64,000 nucleotides of DNA from a virus (lineage: Duplodnaviria > Caudoviricetes). The notes under the pieces were generated by a model. That model saw only the letters and a list, made by a program, of their open reading frames with translations. It ran no database searches and had not been told where the DNA came from. The DNA is taken from the IMG/VR virus record IMGVR_UViG_3300032093_000005, one strand, 5' to 3'. Of the stretch, positions 44,225 to 54,693 are shown one piece after another (within the stretch, counting starts at the first letter, position 1; each line of letters begins with the position of its first letter). The translations under genes were made by a program, and so were the position numbers.

Positions 44225-46725
44225 CAGGAAAAAAATAATTCAAGGTTTACTGTTTTTTCTACATTCCACCCAATCGCATCAAGAATAGATTTGAGAGGAT
44301 CTACAAAACTCTTTTCAAATTGTAGTTCATAGTCAATGTATTTGTCAAGACCAAGTTCTTTGGGAAAATCTTGGATGAAAGAGATTACATTTTCTTGAAT
44401 AATATTTGGTTTTTTCAAGAAAATAAACTTAACTTTCTCACCATTATTAATAAGTGAATATTTATTAGTCAGTTTTTTCTCCTTTACATAATGATTAAAA
44501 AGAAGTGCTCCGCGAATATGAATTGGAGTTTTGGGCGCATAAATTGTTGATGATGCAGAATACTTACGAACATCTGAAGCAGTTCTTGGAAAAGCAATTT
44601 GTTCTGGAGGGAGTGCTTTAAATTCTTTACGGCACTTTTCAATAAAGTCAATTACATCCTCCTCAGTTCCGCTCATCATAAGTTTTAACCCATCCTTAAT
44701 CATTTGACGACAAGGGGCAGGAGTTGAAGACTTAACTGCCTCAATACCCATCATTTTGAGTTTAGGTTCTTCATAGCGAACACCTTCACTGTCCCAGACA
44801 TTCAGGATATAGCGTTTCTTCGCAGTCCAGATTCCACGTTCAGCAATGTTCTCACGCTTCATCTGCATTTTCTGATCATAAGCATTCACATACTCGGCCA
44901 GTTCTTGGTAGCAACCTTCAATATACTTTTCAAGTTCCACCTTACAGATCTTATCAAGGAACGAAACAACGCCTTCAGTAGTTTTCTCTCTTCCTTCGTA
45001 TACACGATCAACCAAAGGACCCATATTGAGATAGATAGAATCAGTATCTGAAGCAATAACATAATCGACACCATCAGTTTTAAGAATCTTGTTTAGATAA
45101 GCATTCATCTTGTTCTCAATCCAACGGATAGAAACCTGACCAGACAAGGTGATTGCCTCAGCGTTTGCTAATTTGTAATATCGAAAATACTGGTTACCGA
45201 TAGCACCATAAGCAGAGTTAAGTTGAATCTTCCTTGCCATCTGAATGTTATTACACCTGGCAATCTCCTTTTCAAGTTCCTTTGTTTTTTTCTTTTCATA
45301 CTCTTGCTTTGCAGCGAGCATTTTCTTTTTATAGATGGTGCGATCTTCATAAATTTTTTGCATCAATTCGGGCAAAAATCCACGCACATCCTTTCGGAAC
45401 ATTGCACCATTCGCACAAACAGACTTGTCCTTATACAGTTCAAATGTAATTTCTTGATTAAGAATCTTATCAACAGTTACAGTCGGATGCCTCTCCTCCA
45501 GAAGAGTTTCTGGTGAAATATTGTACTGCATAATGAGATGAGGATACAGGGAGTTAAGATCAAAAGAGACAACCCAATCATACTTCCCTGGAATCGGTTC
45601 TTTAACATAAGCACCTGCATACTTAGAATCTTTATCTGAACGTTCTTTTGGAGGAATTACAATGTTCCTCTTCTTCAAATAGTTATAGATGATAGTATCC
45701 CACATCCGTACTTGTGAAAACACATCCGCATAGTTTGCTTTAGCATCATAAGCCATTGTGATCGCAAGTTCAATCAGTTTCATCTTGTCTTCCAAACGGT
45801 CAACAAGTTCTACGTCAACGATGTTGTATTCTACAAACTTCTGCCATCCTTTAGTATAAAAATCTTTAAATGTATCAAACTCAGAGTGATCTAATTTTTG
45901 TTGCCCAAGTTCTACATTAGCAATGTGATCAAGGCGATAAGATTCTTGATTGGTGTAAGTAAATTTTTTATAAAGATTTAAATAATCAAGTTGAGTAATT
46001 CCACCAACATCATAAGAGATATGCTTACGACCAGAAATGTAAACTTCAGTTTCTGTTACAAGTCCCCATGGAGAAATACGTTTCATAAGTTTTTCACCTA
46101 GAACACGATCTAGACGACGAACAAGATATGGAATATCATACATCTCACTATTCCATCCAGTCACAACTTCTGGCGTGTTGGTTTCAATCATCCACCAGTT
46201 GATGAAATCGGTAAGAAGATCATACTCACTTGAAAATGCACGATATTCAACATTCTTTTGCTTATTGTTAAAAGTACCTTGACCCCAAGTGCGAATCTTT
46301 TTAGAAGAATAATCTTGAATGGTAATTAGTAGAACCTCTTCAGCAGCAGACTCCACATCAGGGAATCCATTTTCAGATGCAACTTCAATATCAAGAGTAG
46401 TAACTTTGATTTTACTAATATCAAACTTTAATTCTTCTTCAGGATACATCTCAGAAATATATTGATAGATATATCCAGTGTTCCCATATATTTTAAAGTT
46501 TTCTACACCCTCATACTTCTTAATAAACTCACGACAGTCACGCACAGAACCAGGTTCGATTGCTTCTACATAATCTCCATTCAGAGTCTGATATTTAGTT
46601 TTTTTATTTGAAGGGACAAAAAGAGTCGGGTTAAACTTCTCACGTGTCATGAAGTGTTTTCCATCTTCATAACCACGAATCAAGAAGTGATCCCCGACCA
46701 TCTGTACATTTGTATAAAATCGCAT
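44224..46725 (-). CDS. DNA polymerase family B (gp43)
   Basis: DIE exonuclease, [22 protein letters not shown]; uninterrupted. Confidence 0.97.
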   Translation of the reverse strand: MRFYTNVQMVGDHFLIRGYEDGKHFMTREKFNPTLFVPSNKKTKYQTLNGDYVEAIEPGSVRDCREFIKKYEGVENFKIYGNTGYIYQYISEMYPEEELKFDISKIKVTTLDIEVASENGFPDVESAAEEVLLITIQDYSSKKIRTWGQGTFNNKQKNVEYRAFSSEYDLLTDFINWWMIETNTPEVVTGWNSEMYDIPYLVRRLDRVLGEKLMKRISPWGLVTETEVYISGRKHISYDVGGITQLDYLNLYKKFTYTNQESYRLDHIANVELGQQKLDHSEFDTFKDFYTKGWQKFVEYNIVDVELVDRLEDKMKLIELAITMAYDAKANYADVFSQVRMWDTIIYNYLKKRNIVIPPKERSDKDSKYAGAYVKEPIPGKYDWVVSFDLNSLYPHLIMQYNISPETLLEERHPTVTVDKILNQEITFELYKDKSVCANGAMFRKDVRGFLPELMQKIYEDRTIYKKKMLAAKQEYEKKKTKELEKEIARCNNIQMARKIQLNSAYGAIGNQYFRYYKLANAEAITLSGQVSIRWIENKMNAYLNKILKTDGVDYVIASDTDSIYLNMGPLVDRVYEGREKTTEGVVSFLDKICKVELEKYIEGCYQELAEYVNAYDQKMQMKRENIAERGIWTAKKRYILNVWDSEGVRYEEPKLKMMGIEAVKSSTPAPCRQMIKDGLKLMMSGTEEDVIDFIEKCRKEFKALPPEQIAFPRTASDVRKYSASSTIYAPKTPIHIRGALLFNHYVKEKKLTNKYSLINNGEKVKFIFLKKPNIIQENVISFIQDFPKELGLDKYIDYELQFEKSFVDPLKSILDAIGWNVEKTVNLELFFS

Positions 46726-46979
46726 TATGCAGTTAGTTCAAGATACTTTTCAACAATTTCTGGTTTTGGATCCACAATAGTCAAAATACTATCAGAATGA
46801 ATCATCATTTCTCTTTGTTCAGTTACATTTGGCCAAGGAGTTAAATTGCCTTCAGTATCAATGAGATATGGATTAATGAGTTTACAATCTGGTTCGCCAA
46901 GTTCAGAACCAACTTCAATAATTTCAGTTACAATTACGTTATCAACTTTCAGTAAAAGACACTTGATTGTCTTGTCCAT
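46725..46979 (-). CDS. Hypothetical protein (Sm-like candidate)
   Basis: Short beta-rich; paralog-like to 46942-47274. Confidence 0.65.
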   Translation of the reverse strand: MDKTIKCLLLKVDNVIVTEIIEVGSELGEPDCKLINPYLIDTEGNLTPWPNVTEQREMMIHSDSILTIVDPKPEIVEKYLELTA

Positions 46980-47274
46980 TTACTTTCTCCTCATACATTT
47001 TTTTAATTGTCTGAATGGGTTCTACAATAGCAATAGCCCAATCACGTGGAACAGGAATTTGATCATCACTGGTAAGTATAATCCATGGAGATAAAGATAC
47101 CTCTAAGTCTCCATGTGGATTTTCATTTTCTTCCACCAACAAAATTGTTTTACGAGTTTCTACTTTATGTGGATTTGTAAATAGATATCCACATAGTTTT
47201 TCATCAGAAATCAATTCTTTGATGTCAGAAATTACTGTTTCACCAGATTTCAATAATGCTAACTTAATTGACAT
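46942..47274 (-). CDS. Hypothetical protein (Sm-like candidate)
   Basis: KLALLKSGETVI, LSPWI. Confidence 0.7.
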   Translation of the reverse strand: MSIKLALLKSGETVISDIKELISDEKLCGYLFTNPHKVETRKTILLVEENENPHGDLEVSLSPWIILTSDDQIPVPRDWAIAIVEPIQTIKKMYEEKVNGQDNQVSFTES

Positions 47275-47295
47275 TGTTTTGATTTTCCTCCATAC

Positions 47296-47348
47296 ATTAT
47301 ACCAAGAAAAATGGGAGGCGTCAACTGGTTTTTGCCAGTTGCCTCCCT
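47296..47348 (-). promoter_or_regulatory. Terminator overlapping the sigma70 promoter of the gp43 operon
   Basis: GGGAGGC-AACTGG..CCAGTT-GAC-GCCTCCC-ATTTTT; TTGACG-17-TATAAT. Confidence 0.8.
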
Positions 47349-47372
47349 AGCGCCGACGATATTCAAAAGTAT

Positions 47373-47552
47373 TTAGTCTCCACCAGAATCACCAGAAGAA
47401 CCACCAGAACCACTATCAGTATCTAAAGCACATACTTTCTTTTTTGGTGCCATAGCATACTTTACAGTTCTACCATAACAATTTTCTTTGGTTTGTAAAG
47501 GTGGATTACCAAAATCACCTACCTTTTCCATAAACTGCTGAAAAGTTTTCAT
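47373..47552 (-). CDS. 59-aa late microprotein with a capsid-targeting-like N-terminus (not in ORF track)
   Basis: MKTFQQFMEKVGDFGNPP...; CTAAATA just upstream. Confidence 0.6.
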   Translation of the reverse strand: MKTFQQFMEKVGDFGNPPLQTKENCYGRTVKYAMAPKKKVCALDTDSGSGGSSGDSGGD

Positions 47553-47570
47553 CTGGCGTTTTTCTTTTAT

Positions 47571-48005
47571 TTAGAGATAGTCTTTCCTAGTATGATGTTC
47601 CGGAATTACTTTCCCAAGTACGATCCGTAGAAGTCCGTCTTCAAATGTGACTTCCCTGACTTCTGTGTCGTCGGATAAAGTCCACGCTCGTTTAAAACTT
47701 CTGCTAGCCACTCCCTTGTGGATAAACGTCCTATCCGATTCGGAATCTGTTTTTTGTCCTTCGACAAAAAGTTTTCCATATTCTGTGAAAACATTAACCT
47801 CTCCCTTCTTAAATCCTGCAAGTGCAATTTCTAAATGCGACTCAACATTATTTACCTGAACAAGGTTATATGGCGGGTAATTTGTTGTAGTTTCGTGAAG
47901 ATTAAATAAACGATCAAAATATTCGTCCATTCCAATACTATTGCGAGTAATCCTCTCCATCAGAGCAGGAAGATCAGCAGCAGTATATCTTGTGATACTG
48001 GTCAT
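47571..48005 (-). CDS. hsp20: Small heat shock protein Hsp20
   Basis: YPPYN, EIALAGF, HKGVASRSFKR, FEDGLL. Confidence 0.95.
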   Translation of the reverse strand: MTSITRYTAADLPALMERITRNSIGMDEYFDRLFNLHETTTNYPPYNLVQVNNVESHLEIALAGFKKGEVNVFTEYGKLFVEGQKTDSESDRTFIHKGVASRSFKRAWTLSDDTEVREVTFEDGLLRIVLGKVIPEHHTRKDYL

Positions 48006-48079
48006 TATTGTAGCTCCTTAAAAAGCGAGTTTGTTTGTGTGGACCCTTACGGCATCCGTATATAATTATACTAGATCAT

Positions 48080-48107
48080 AAAAAAAGACGGGTAGGAAAC
48101 CCGTCCT
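48080..48107 (-). terminator. Terminator after regA
   Basis: GGACGGGT-TTCCT-ACCCGTCT-TTTTT. Confidence 0.8.
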
Positions 48108-48111
48108 ATTT

Positions 48112-48552
48112 TTATTCGGTATCCTCTACCTTTTTCTTCTTTGCACCAATATTATATTTAGTTTCTAAAATCCAATCTCCCTTGTCCTTATAGGCGAGAA
48201 CCTTGATCTGGTTCAGAGGAGCAATATCTTGAATCTTAGTCAGATCTACAATTTCAATCAAACCCCAATCTGCAAGAAGTTGGGCAATACGATTACGACG
48301 CTGAACATCATTCACAGTCAAGTTAGCATGTTTACCATCAAGAGCAAACAGTTCCTTAAAGTGAACGAGATAATATCTACCTTGCTTGTGCAGAATATGG
48401 CAAGACTGATAGATTTTCTTTTCCTTTCTTGAAGCAACTCCGATACGGGTCAAAGTCTCACGAACCTTTAGAAAATCATCAGGTTCATTGAGAATCACTT
48501 CCACCATTTGGTCGGGCGTCCACTTCACTTCAGGTTCTTGAACTACACTCAT
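48112..48552 (-). CDS. regA: Translational repressor RegA
   Basis: PDDFLKVRETLTRIG, QSCHILHKQG, HFKELFALDG. Confidence 0.96.
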   Translation of the reverse strand: MSVVQEPEVKWTPDQMVEVILNEPDDFLKVRETLTRIGVASRKEKKIYQSCHILHKQGRYYLVHFKELFALDGKHANLTVNDVQRRNRIAQLLADWGLIEIVDLTKIQDIAPLNQIKVLAYKDKGDWILETKYNIGAKKKKVEDTE

Positions 48553-48929
48553 TTTGTTCCTCCAGTTTCAAATTTCGATTTAATAAAATTAAGTTGTTCT
48601 TTAGTAAGAATCCTCAAAGCTTGTTTTGCCTTTTCATTACTATAACCATAATAACGTTTGACATAATCAAGGTCTTTGATTTTATCTTGTCGGAGCCAGG
48701 GAGAAAATCTCTTCTTTTTCCTCAGACTATTTATAAAAAAGTCATATTGCATCTTTTTTGGGAGGAAATGATATTGATTCATTTCATTCGCAAACATTAC
48801 ACAATCAATATGCCCAGATAGACAACGATTGATAACATACGGAGGATATTCCTTCTCAAGCGAAGGGTCTTCTTCAATCAGATTCTGTTTGGTCTGATTG
48901 ATCGAGTTTAACCAGTCCTTCAATTCCAT
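48549..48929 (-). CDS. Clamp loader small subunit (gp62)
   Basis: LNSIN, YPPYVINR, ANEMN, YYGYSNEKA; start at MELKDW. Confidence 0.92.
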   Translation of the reverse strand: MELKDWLNSINQTKQNLIEEDPSLEKEYPPYVINRCLSGHIDCVMFANEMNQYHFLPKKMQYDFFINSLRKKKRFSPWLRQDKIKDLDYVKRYYGYSNEKAKQALRILTKEQLNFIKSKFETGGTK

Positions 48930-49746
48930 AATTAAATAGCAGTAATTCTTTACGGGTTTTTTGTTCTCGCATATATTCACCAACAGAACGCATTGTATAA
49001 GTCAGATCAAACTCAGCAGCATTCCAGTTCTTGAATCGATTCTTTACAAGTTGGTCAGAATTATAACTTACCAATTGATCCATATTATTAGAATCACAAT
49101 CAGCAGCAAACTTATCGTGATCAAATCCTTTGTGCATTGATCCTTTGTGCCCATAGAGATTATCCTTAATGTCATAAGGAGGATCGAGATACATAAAAGC
49201 ACCCTTGTTTCCATCCATCAGATAATCATACGAATAGTTAGTTATACGCCAGTTTTTGATTAGTTCAGAATACGCAGGCAGTTTTTCAATCCCTCGCATA
49301 GAGAAGTTGGCGTTGGATGCTTGTGGTGAAAATGATGAACTCTCTGTGAGACCGCTGAAAGAGCACTTATTGACAACATAAAAAGCCACAGCACGATCAA
49401 AGTTTGACACAGTTTTGTCATTGATCCGTTCCTTTGATTGGAGGAAAAGTTCTTTTGATTTATCTGGAGTATTATTTGCGTTCTTTAAATCAACAAGTTC
49501 ACTTTTCAAATCATACCCAAACATCTGAAGTTGCTGCCAGAAGTTTACCAGTGGTTCATACAAATCATTCACCCAAATATCTAGGCTGGGATATTTCTTA
49601 GTGATATGAATCGCAACACTTCCTCCACCAAGAAATGGTTCTCGGAACTCATCATAGTTGCGAAGGTCTGGAAAGTAAGGATCCATCTTGACGCAAGCAC
49701 GAGACTTGCCGCCTGGATAACGAAGAGGTGTTTTAAGAGATTTCAT
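48874..49746 (-). CDS. dam: DNA adenine methyltransferase (Dam/D12 class)
   Basis: RYPGGKS, EPFLGGG, YLDPPY. Confidence 0.9.
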   Translation of the reverse strand: MKSLKTPLRYPGGKSRACVKMDPYFPDLRNYDEFREPFLGGGSVAIHITKKYPSLDIWVNDLYEPLVNFWQQLQMFGYDLKSELVDLKNANNTPDKSKELFLQSKERINDKTVSNFDRAVAFYVVNKCSFSGLTESSSFSPQASNANFSMRGIEKLPAYSELIKNWRITNYSYDYLMDGNKGAFMYLDPPYDIKDNLYGHKGSMHKGFDHDKFAADCDSNNMDQLVSYNSDQLVKNRFKNWNAAEFDLTYTMRSVGEYMREQKTRKELLLFNYGIEGLVKLDQSDQTESD

Positions 49747-50273
49747 TGCACACTTTCAATAAAGTTCATTATAAGTTTATCCTTTTCCTGAAAATAATTT
49801 TTATTAGAAGAAGGACCGCCATTTAAGAAAAAATGTTCTGGTCCAGGATCACAACTGGCGGTAAGATCATTGCTACCAGATTTTCTAATATTATATAACA
49901 TTGATCCAGGAACACAACAAGCTTTTAATTTATCTGGATCACTAAAAATATAGTAATCTGCTGGAATAAAATTTGATACATCTTTATCTTTTCCTCTACC
50001 ATTTTTTACAACCACCCCCCTTACTGCTGTCTCAGACTTATTCCCAAAGGTTACTTTTTTAGACTCATATGTAGTATTATTTCTATCTACCAAATCCCTC
50101 CCAGTTAAATTAACTCTTCGAAGATTTCCATTACTATATGCTTCATACGCTAACTCAATCATCCTACCAACATCAAAATATTGAGTTGGATCAGTATTTC
50201 CTGTTAGGGTAGAAAGAAGTTTGGATAATTTATCTATCTCAATAACTTTCAAGAAATCAATTTTTGTTTTCAT
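49743..50273 (-). CDS. Putative PD-(D/E)xK restriction-type endonuclease
   Basis: GRDLVD...YESK pattern, ADYYIF; ATGA-coupled to the methyltransferase. Confidence 0.45.
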   Translation of the reverse strand: MKTKIDFLKVIEIDKLSKLLSTLTGNTDPTQYFDVGRMIELAYEAYSNGNLRRVNLTGRDLVDRNNTTYESKKVTFGNKSETAVRGVVVKNGRGKDKDVSNFIPADYYIFSDPDKLKACCVPGSMLYNIRKSGSNDLTASCDPGPEHFFLNGGPSSNKNYFQEKDKLIMNFIESVQ

Positions 50274-50469
50274 AATCTTTAGGATGATACTTCAAATATT
50301 CAAAGAAGGTAAGTTTCATTTCTTTCTGCGTCATACCACAATGCTTTGCAGCAGCAGGAAGAGTCAGTTTAGCACGAAACAAACCTTCGTTTGCCTCCTT
50401 TACATTTTCGGGAGTTGTCTTTACAGGTTCTTCTTTTAGAACTTTGTAGTCTATTTTATATAGATTCAT
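50257..50469 (-). CDS. Hypothetical protein (possible HTH)
   Basis: LTLPAAAKHCGMTQKEMK. Confidence 0.6.
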   Translation of the reverse strand: MNLYKIDYKVLKEEPVKTTPENVKEANEGLFRAKLTLPAAAKHCGMTQKEMKLTFFEYLKYHPKDYENKN

Positions 50470-51422
50470 CGGAACTCACACTCCACCATAATTTCAGTTA
50501 ATGCTGCTAGGAGGTTAATTTCTTGGTCAGCCACGAACGCACATTGGTATTGATACTTAGCAATAACAAGAACGGCAGCAGGGATAGATTGGGGAAGTAA
50601 GCAATCATAAGTGGCGTCGTAAACCCTGCGAAGAAGACTAGAAGCATCGTTGTCCAAGTTGGAGACCACCCACTTTCGGACTTCAGAAAAGTTCTTATCT
50701 TTGAGATTTTTAATAAGTTCATTTACAGAGATGTCTGAGAAAGATGCAAGAATGCCTGAGTCGATTTTTCCTCCTGTAGAATACCTCTGGCATTCGTTGA
50801 GGACCCTACGAAAATCTGGGAAGTGTTTTGTGACAAGTTCAACAACAACCTTTTCATCGTACTCAATTTTCTCCTGATCCAAGATTTGAAGAACTCTTTT
50901 GAAGAAACTTCCTGCAAGTTGTTGTTTCTGCTTCCCTTTAATAGTAAAATCAATGACCGCACATCGGGAATGGAGAGGTTCAATAATCTTGTTCTTGTAG
51001 TTACAGGTGAAGATGAATCGGCAGTTGTTATAAAATGCCTCAATATTCGCCCGTAGTAGGAGTTGAACATCATTACCGGTATTGTCTGCTTCGTCAATGA
51101 TGATGACTTTGTGTTTAGAAGATCCCGTAAGTGAGACGGTCGAAGCGAAGTTCTTTGCTTGGTTTCGTACAGTATCCAGGAAACGTCCTTCGTCGGATCC
51201 GTTGATGACATAATAATCTGCCCCCAATTCATTACATAATGCTTTTGCGATTGTAGTTTTACCAATACCAGGAGGTCCTGCAAGAAGAAGATTTGGAATC
51301 TCACCCTTCTCTACAAACTCCTTGAATGTTTTTTTAGTATCATCGGGAAGAATACAATCCTCAATTACTTGAGGACGGTACTTTTCCACAAAAAGAAATT
51401 CACTTGCCATAATCAAATCCAA
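50466..51422 (-). CDS. Clamp loader large subunit (gp44)
   Basis: EKYRP, GPPGIGKT, IDEAD, SRC, FPDFRR. Confidence 0.96.
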   Translation of the reverse strand: MDLIMASEFLFVEKYRPQVIEDCILPDDTKKTFKEFVEKGEIPNLLLAGPPGIGKTTIAKALCNELGADYYVINGSDEGRFLDTVRNQAKNFASTVSLTGSSKHKVIIIDEADNTGNDVQLLLRANIEAFYNNCRFIFTCNYKNKIIEPLHSRCAVIDFTIKGKQKQQLAGSFFKRVLQILDQEKIEYDEKVVVELVTKHFPDFRRVLNECQRYSTGGKIDSGILASFSDISVNELIKNLKDKNFSEVRKWVVSNLDNDASSLLRRVYDATYDCLLPQSIPAAVLVIAKYQYQCAFVADQEINLLAALTEIMVECEFR

Positions 51423-51925
51423 TCAGGTTTACGTTGGGGCAGTCGAAGGTAGTTATCTTTTACCCAATGTTTTGAGGCAATATACCTTTTGTATGCGGTA
51501 AAGGTATCAATGCTATCATCAAATTTCCATTCCTCAGGCATTGCCCGAGCAAATGGAGTTACTTCTGGAATCTTTCCTCTTGGGAATAAGTAGAAAGCAT
51601 CTACAAGAGTCTTGTAGCAGGAGTGAGTTTTATTATACCGCATAGTATACTCATCACACAAGTTCATTCCCCACTTGATCAACCAATAGGCATTGTGAAT
51701 ACTATCTGCTGCCCATTTTGTACAGGGATGATTGCGAAATGCGCCTTTTTCTGTTTTGTAGGGAGTATTGTCTGTTTTATACAGGTGCCCATACCCGTGT
51801 CCCCATTTTTCTGATGCAACAATGGAAAGCATTTGACAGCATTCCAGAGGCATCTTGACGATATGTTTATCGGGAAGACAAATAGCACTCTCTGCTGGCC
51901 AGGGAGAGGTAACGAAGATATTCAT
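51413..51925 (-). CDS. Pyrimidine-dimer glycosylase/DenV-like family protein
   Basis: MNIFVT, DKHIVKMPLECCQML, HPCTKWA, PFARAMP. Confidence 0.75.
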   Translation of the reverse strand: MNIFVTSPWPAESAICLPDKHIVKMPLECCQMLSIVASEKWGHGYGHLYKTDNTPYKTEKGAFRNHPCTKWAADSIHNAYWLIKWGMNLCDEYTMRYNKTHSCYKTLVDAFYLFPRGKIPEVTPFARAMPEEWKFDDSIDTFTAYKRYIASKHWVKDNYLRLPQRKPDWI

Positions 51926-52356
51926 CAGAAGCAATACTTTTGAAGAACATACTTGACTTTTTCGGGTTTGTCCTCCATCCAAAATGCCTCCCTATCAATA
52001 TATTTAAGTCTAGAATCGAAAGTTATCACTTTCTTTAGATCTTGTTCTTTTTGATAACTTAAAGGCATGAAAGATGGATTAATACCAAAAGAATCTAAAA
52101 AAGTAAATCTAGTTTTACAAGATTGTGCAACATGAACAGACTCATGCATTAGAGTCTCATTAACATTAATATGCAGATTTTCAAATTTTTTCAGAGTATC
52201 TGTACACATTGTTAGAACTCTTTTTGCACTATCGTAAAATCCAAAGATGTCATACTTTTTGCAAATAGGAGCATTTTCAACTACTCGAACTTTGTTAGAT
52301 ACCATTCTATAGACATCCATTTGTTGAGTAGAAAGATAAAGAAGAAATTCCATCAA
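51925..52356 (-). CDS. Zincin-like (HExxH) hypothetical protein
   Basis: TLMHESVHVAQ, DREAF. Confidence 0.6.
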   Translation of the reverse strand: MMEFLLYLSTQQMDVYRMVSNKVRVVENAPICKKYDIFGFYDSAKRVLTMCTDTLKKFENLHINVNETLMHESVHVAQSCKTRFTFLDSFGINPSFMPLSYQKEQDLKKVITFDSRLKYIDREAFWMEDKPEKVKYVLQKYCF

Positions 52357-53039
52357 CAGAAAGTAGAATCAGGTTCCAGAGCAATATAATACTTCAGATT
52401 GTACTTGGTGTTCGTGAACTGAGACAAAAGTTTAGAAGACACCACCACATCGTAGGCACCAGGAATAATCTTGATGTTCTCTACCTTGAAGTTGAAGGTG
52501 AATTCAGCATCGGTCTCACCAACCACAATGGCATACTCGTTAGAAGTATCGTTCTTCTTATCACGAACCACCAGTTTGATGACACCTGCCTCACCAACAG
52601 CAGACAAGTCGGGCAGTTGATACACTGCTGCTGCCTTCACCAGTTTCTCCAAAGAAGTGCTGTCCAGTTGGAAACAAACATCTTGAGAAGGAAGTTGAAT
52701 CTCTTTATCAGGAGGAGAAATAATCACGTTAGGATCGGCATAGAAATATTTCACCCGACGTTTACCTTCTTTGATGCTGAGATACGATTCTTCGGTAAAG
52801 TCCAAATCAGGATCCTGGTGAAGTCCCAGACCATTAAGAAACTGGTTCAGATCGTAGATAGCAAAGTCACGGGGGAACTCTTCATTAATATCTGCTTCAG
52901 CAAGAATGTTTTTTGCTACAGAAATAGTACGAAGTTGATTACCCTGCTTCACAAGAATGGAGTTGTTGATACCAGCAAAGTTCTTCAGGAGAGCAAGGGT
53001 ATTATCAGAGAGTTTCATAGTTTTGTTTTGGAGTTTCAT
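52353..53039 (-). CDS. Sliding clamp (gp45)
   Basis: MKLSDNTLALLKNFAGINNSI, FAIYDLNQFL, YYIALE. Confidence 0.95.
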   Translation of the reverse strand: MKLQNKTMKLSDNTLALLKNFAGINNSILVKQGNQLRTISVAKNILAEADINEEFPRDFAIYDLNQFLNGLGLHQDPDLDFTEESYLSIKEGKRRVKYFYADPNVIISPPDKEIQLPSQDVCFQLDSTSLEKLVKAAAVYQLPDLSAVGEAGVIKLVVRDKKNDTSNEYAIVVGETDAEFTFNFKVENIKIIPGAYDVVVSSKLLSQFTNTKYNLKYYIALEPDSTFC

Positions 53040-53041
53040 AA

Positions 53042-53437
53042 TCAACGGAATTCGGACAGACCATTATTCTGACGGGAATAGTGCCCATCGAAGTGGAGCA
53101 GAAGCATAGCATAGTGAATAACTTTGAGAAGATCACGTTTGTTGCGACCATCTTTATCACCATAGCGACTTCCATATTTCAAGATGTTTGCCTGACAGAA
53201 ACCTGCAGCAAGTTTCTTTGCTGCCATCAGGTCAATTGTTTGAATATCATCATAACCTTGCTCATCACCACAGTAATGTCCGTGATAAGTGCTAGTCACA
53301 TAATCTTCAACATCTTTGAAGATCTTGTCTTCATTATATTTCCAAAGATTGTTTTTAGTTTCATTCATAGAAATAGTGTACTCATTCAGGTTTCTTTCGT
53401 CTTCTGGACCAAACATAATAATAAAGGGAAGGGTCAT
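53042..53437 (-). CDS. DUF3310 / T7 gp1.7-like nucleotide kinase family protein
   Basis: HY..IQTID, FCQANILKY.SRYG.K, DLLKVIHY. Confidence 0.7.
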   Translation of the reverse strand: MTLPFIIMFGPEDERNLNEYTISMNETKNNLWKYNEDKIFKDVEDYVTSTYHGHYCGDEQGYDDIQTIDLMAAKKLAAGFCQANILKYGSRYGDKDGRNKRDLLKVIHYAMLLLHFDGHYSRQNNGLSEFR

Positions 53438-53458
53438 AATTTACCTTCCCCAATTATA

Positions 53459-54601
53459 TCAGAATGTACGGTTCAGGTCAACTTCGTGACCGCCCTCAAT
53501 CGTCAATTCAAGTTCACTAGTGGGCATCTTGAAGTCAGCATCCACTTTATCATACAGTTCCAGAAATGCTTGCTTGGTTTCGTCATCAAAGCGGTTCACA
53601 CACACTTGAATTGCCTTCGCCTTATCATTGAAGATACTGTAGGCACGGATGATATGAACCAAGCGACGGGTGCTGATGATTTCCTCAATACCACCATCGT
53701 AGAAGGTCTTGCGGATGATGTCTGCCCAGTCTACCAGGCGCTTGCAGAAGTCACGGTCTTCCACTTGCAAGTCCAGAGCGATGCCTTCCAGAATCTTCTG
53801 TTCGGTAGCAGGGGCAGGATAGGACTGCTCAAAGGTCACAGGGAATCGTTCCAAGAATGCTTCATTAAGAACATTAGTGCCAATGAATCGACCATCATCA
53901 CTACCTTTACCTTTGGTATTAGCAGTAGCAAAGACATTAAATCCAGCAGAAGGTTTTACAAACTTACCAATCTTTTTCAGGAAGACACCTTTACCTTCCA
54001 GAATAGATTGAAGACACAGAATCTTGTTAGAAGCAAGGTCAATCTCATCCAGGAGTAGAATCGCACCCCTCTCAAGTGCTTCCACCACAGGACCATTGTG
54101 CCAGGCAGTTTCACCATTCACAAGACGAAAACCACCAATCAGGTCATCCTCATCAGTCTCAATCGTGATGTTGACACGAATCAATTCACGTTTCAGTTGG
54201 GCACAAGCTTGCTCCACACCGAACGTTTTACCATTACCCGAAAGACCCGTAATGAACGTAGGATAAAAAAGACGGGACTGAATAATCTTTTTGATATCAC
54301 CAAAATTACCAAACTTGACGAAGGTATCATCTTTATCAGGAATGAGGTTTTGTTCCACAGCAGGGAGGGCAGCAGGTGCTTGATAAGAACGCTCAATCTC
54401 TTCAACACGTTCTTGAGTAATTTCAAGATTCCAACGACCACGATCTGTTTTGAAAGGTTCAAGATAACGAGTTACCGTAGGATAAGAGATTCCTTTAGAT
54501 GCACAGTAACCACGAACATCTGCAGCAGAAAACTCAGTACCATACATAGACTTGAGTTCGGAAATGAGTTGTTCGTTATTCACAGAAGACTTGCGAGACA
54601 T
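53459..54601 (-). CDS. cobS: CobS-like MoxR AAA+ ATPase
   Basis: GLSGNGKT, LLDEID, ATANTKG, LNEAFLERF, ISTR. Confidence 0.92.
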   Translation of the reverse strand: MSRKSSVNNEQLISELKSMYGTEFSAADVRGYCASKGISYPTVTRYLEPFKTDRGRWNLEITQERVEEIERSYQAPAALPAVEQNLIPDKDDTFVKFGNFGDIKKIIQSRLFYPTFITGLSGNGKTFGVEQACAQLKRELIRVNITIETDEDDLIGGFRLVNGETAWHNGPVVEALERGAILLLDEIDLASNKILCLQSILEGKGVFLKKIGKFVKPSAGFNVFATANTKGKGSDDGRFIGTNVLNEAFLERFPVTFEQSYPAPATEQKILEGIALDLQVEDRDFCKRLVDWADIIRKTFYDGGIEEIISTRRLVHIIRAYSIFNDKAKAIQVCVNRFDDETKQAFLELYDKVDADFKMPTSELELTIEGGHEVDLNRTF

Positions 54602-54633
54602 GATGTAGTTGGGTGTTTCATTTGAACTCTCAT

Positions 54634-54690
54634 ATTATACAGACAAAAAAGGGGCAACCAAGTGCCCCATGTGACAGTTTTGAAAGTGTC
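54634..54690 (-). promoter_or_regulatory. Terminator, -10 box and operator-like motif
   Basis: GACACTTT-CAAA-ACTGTCACA, GGGGC..GCCCC-TTTTTT, TATAAT. Confidence 0.65.
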
Positions 54691-54693
54691 CAA

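Noticed and set aside
30550-46725. Introns or inteins in nrdB, nrdA, helicase, uvsX and gp43
   Set aside because: All are continuous and of normal length; the GIY-YIG gene by nrdB is free-standing
53081-54058. 325-aa + strand ORF (likewise 54098-54625, 55850-56641, 56675-57280, 57296-57979)
   Set aside because: Antisense shadows of cobS and the CobT-like gene; no motifs, no RBS or promoter
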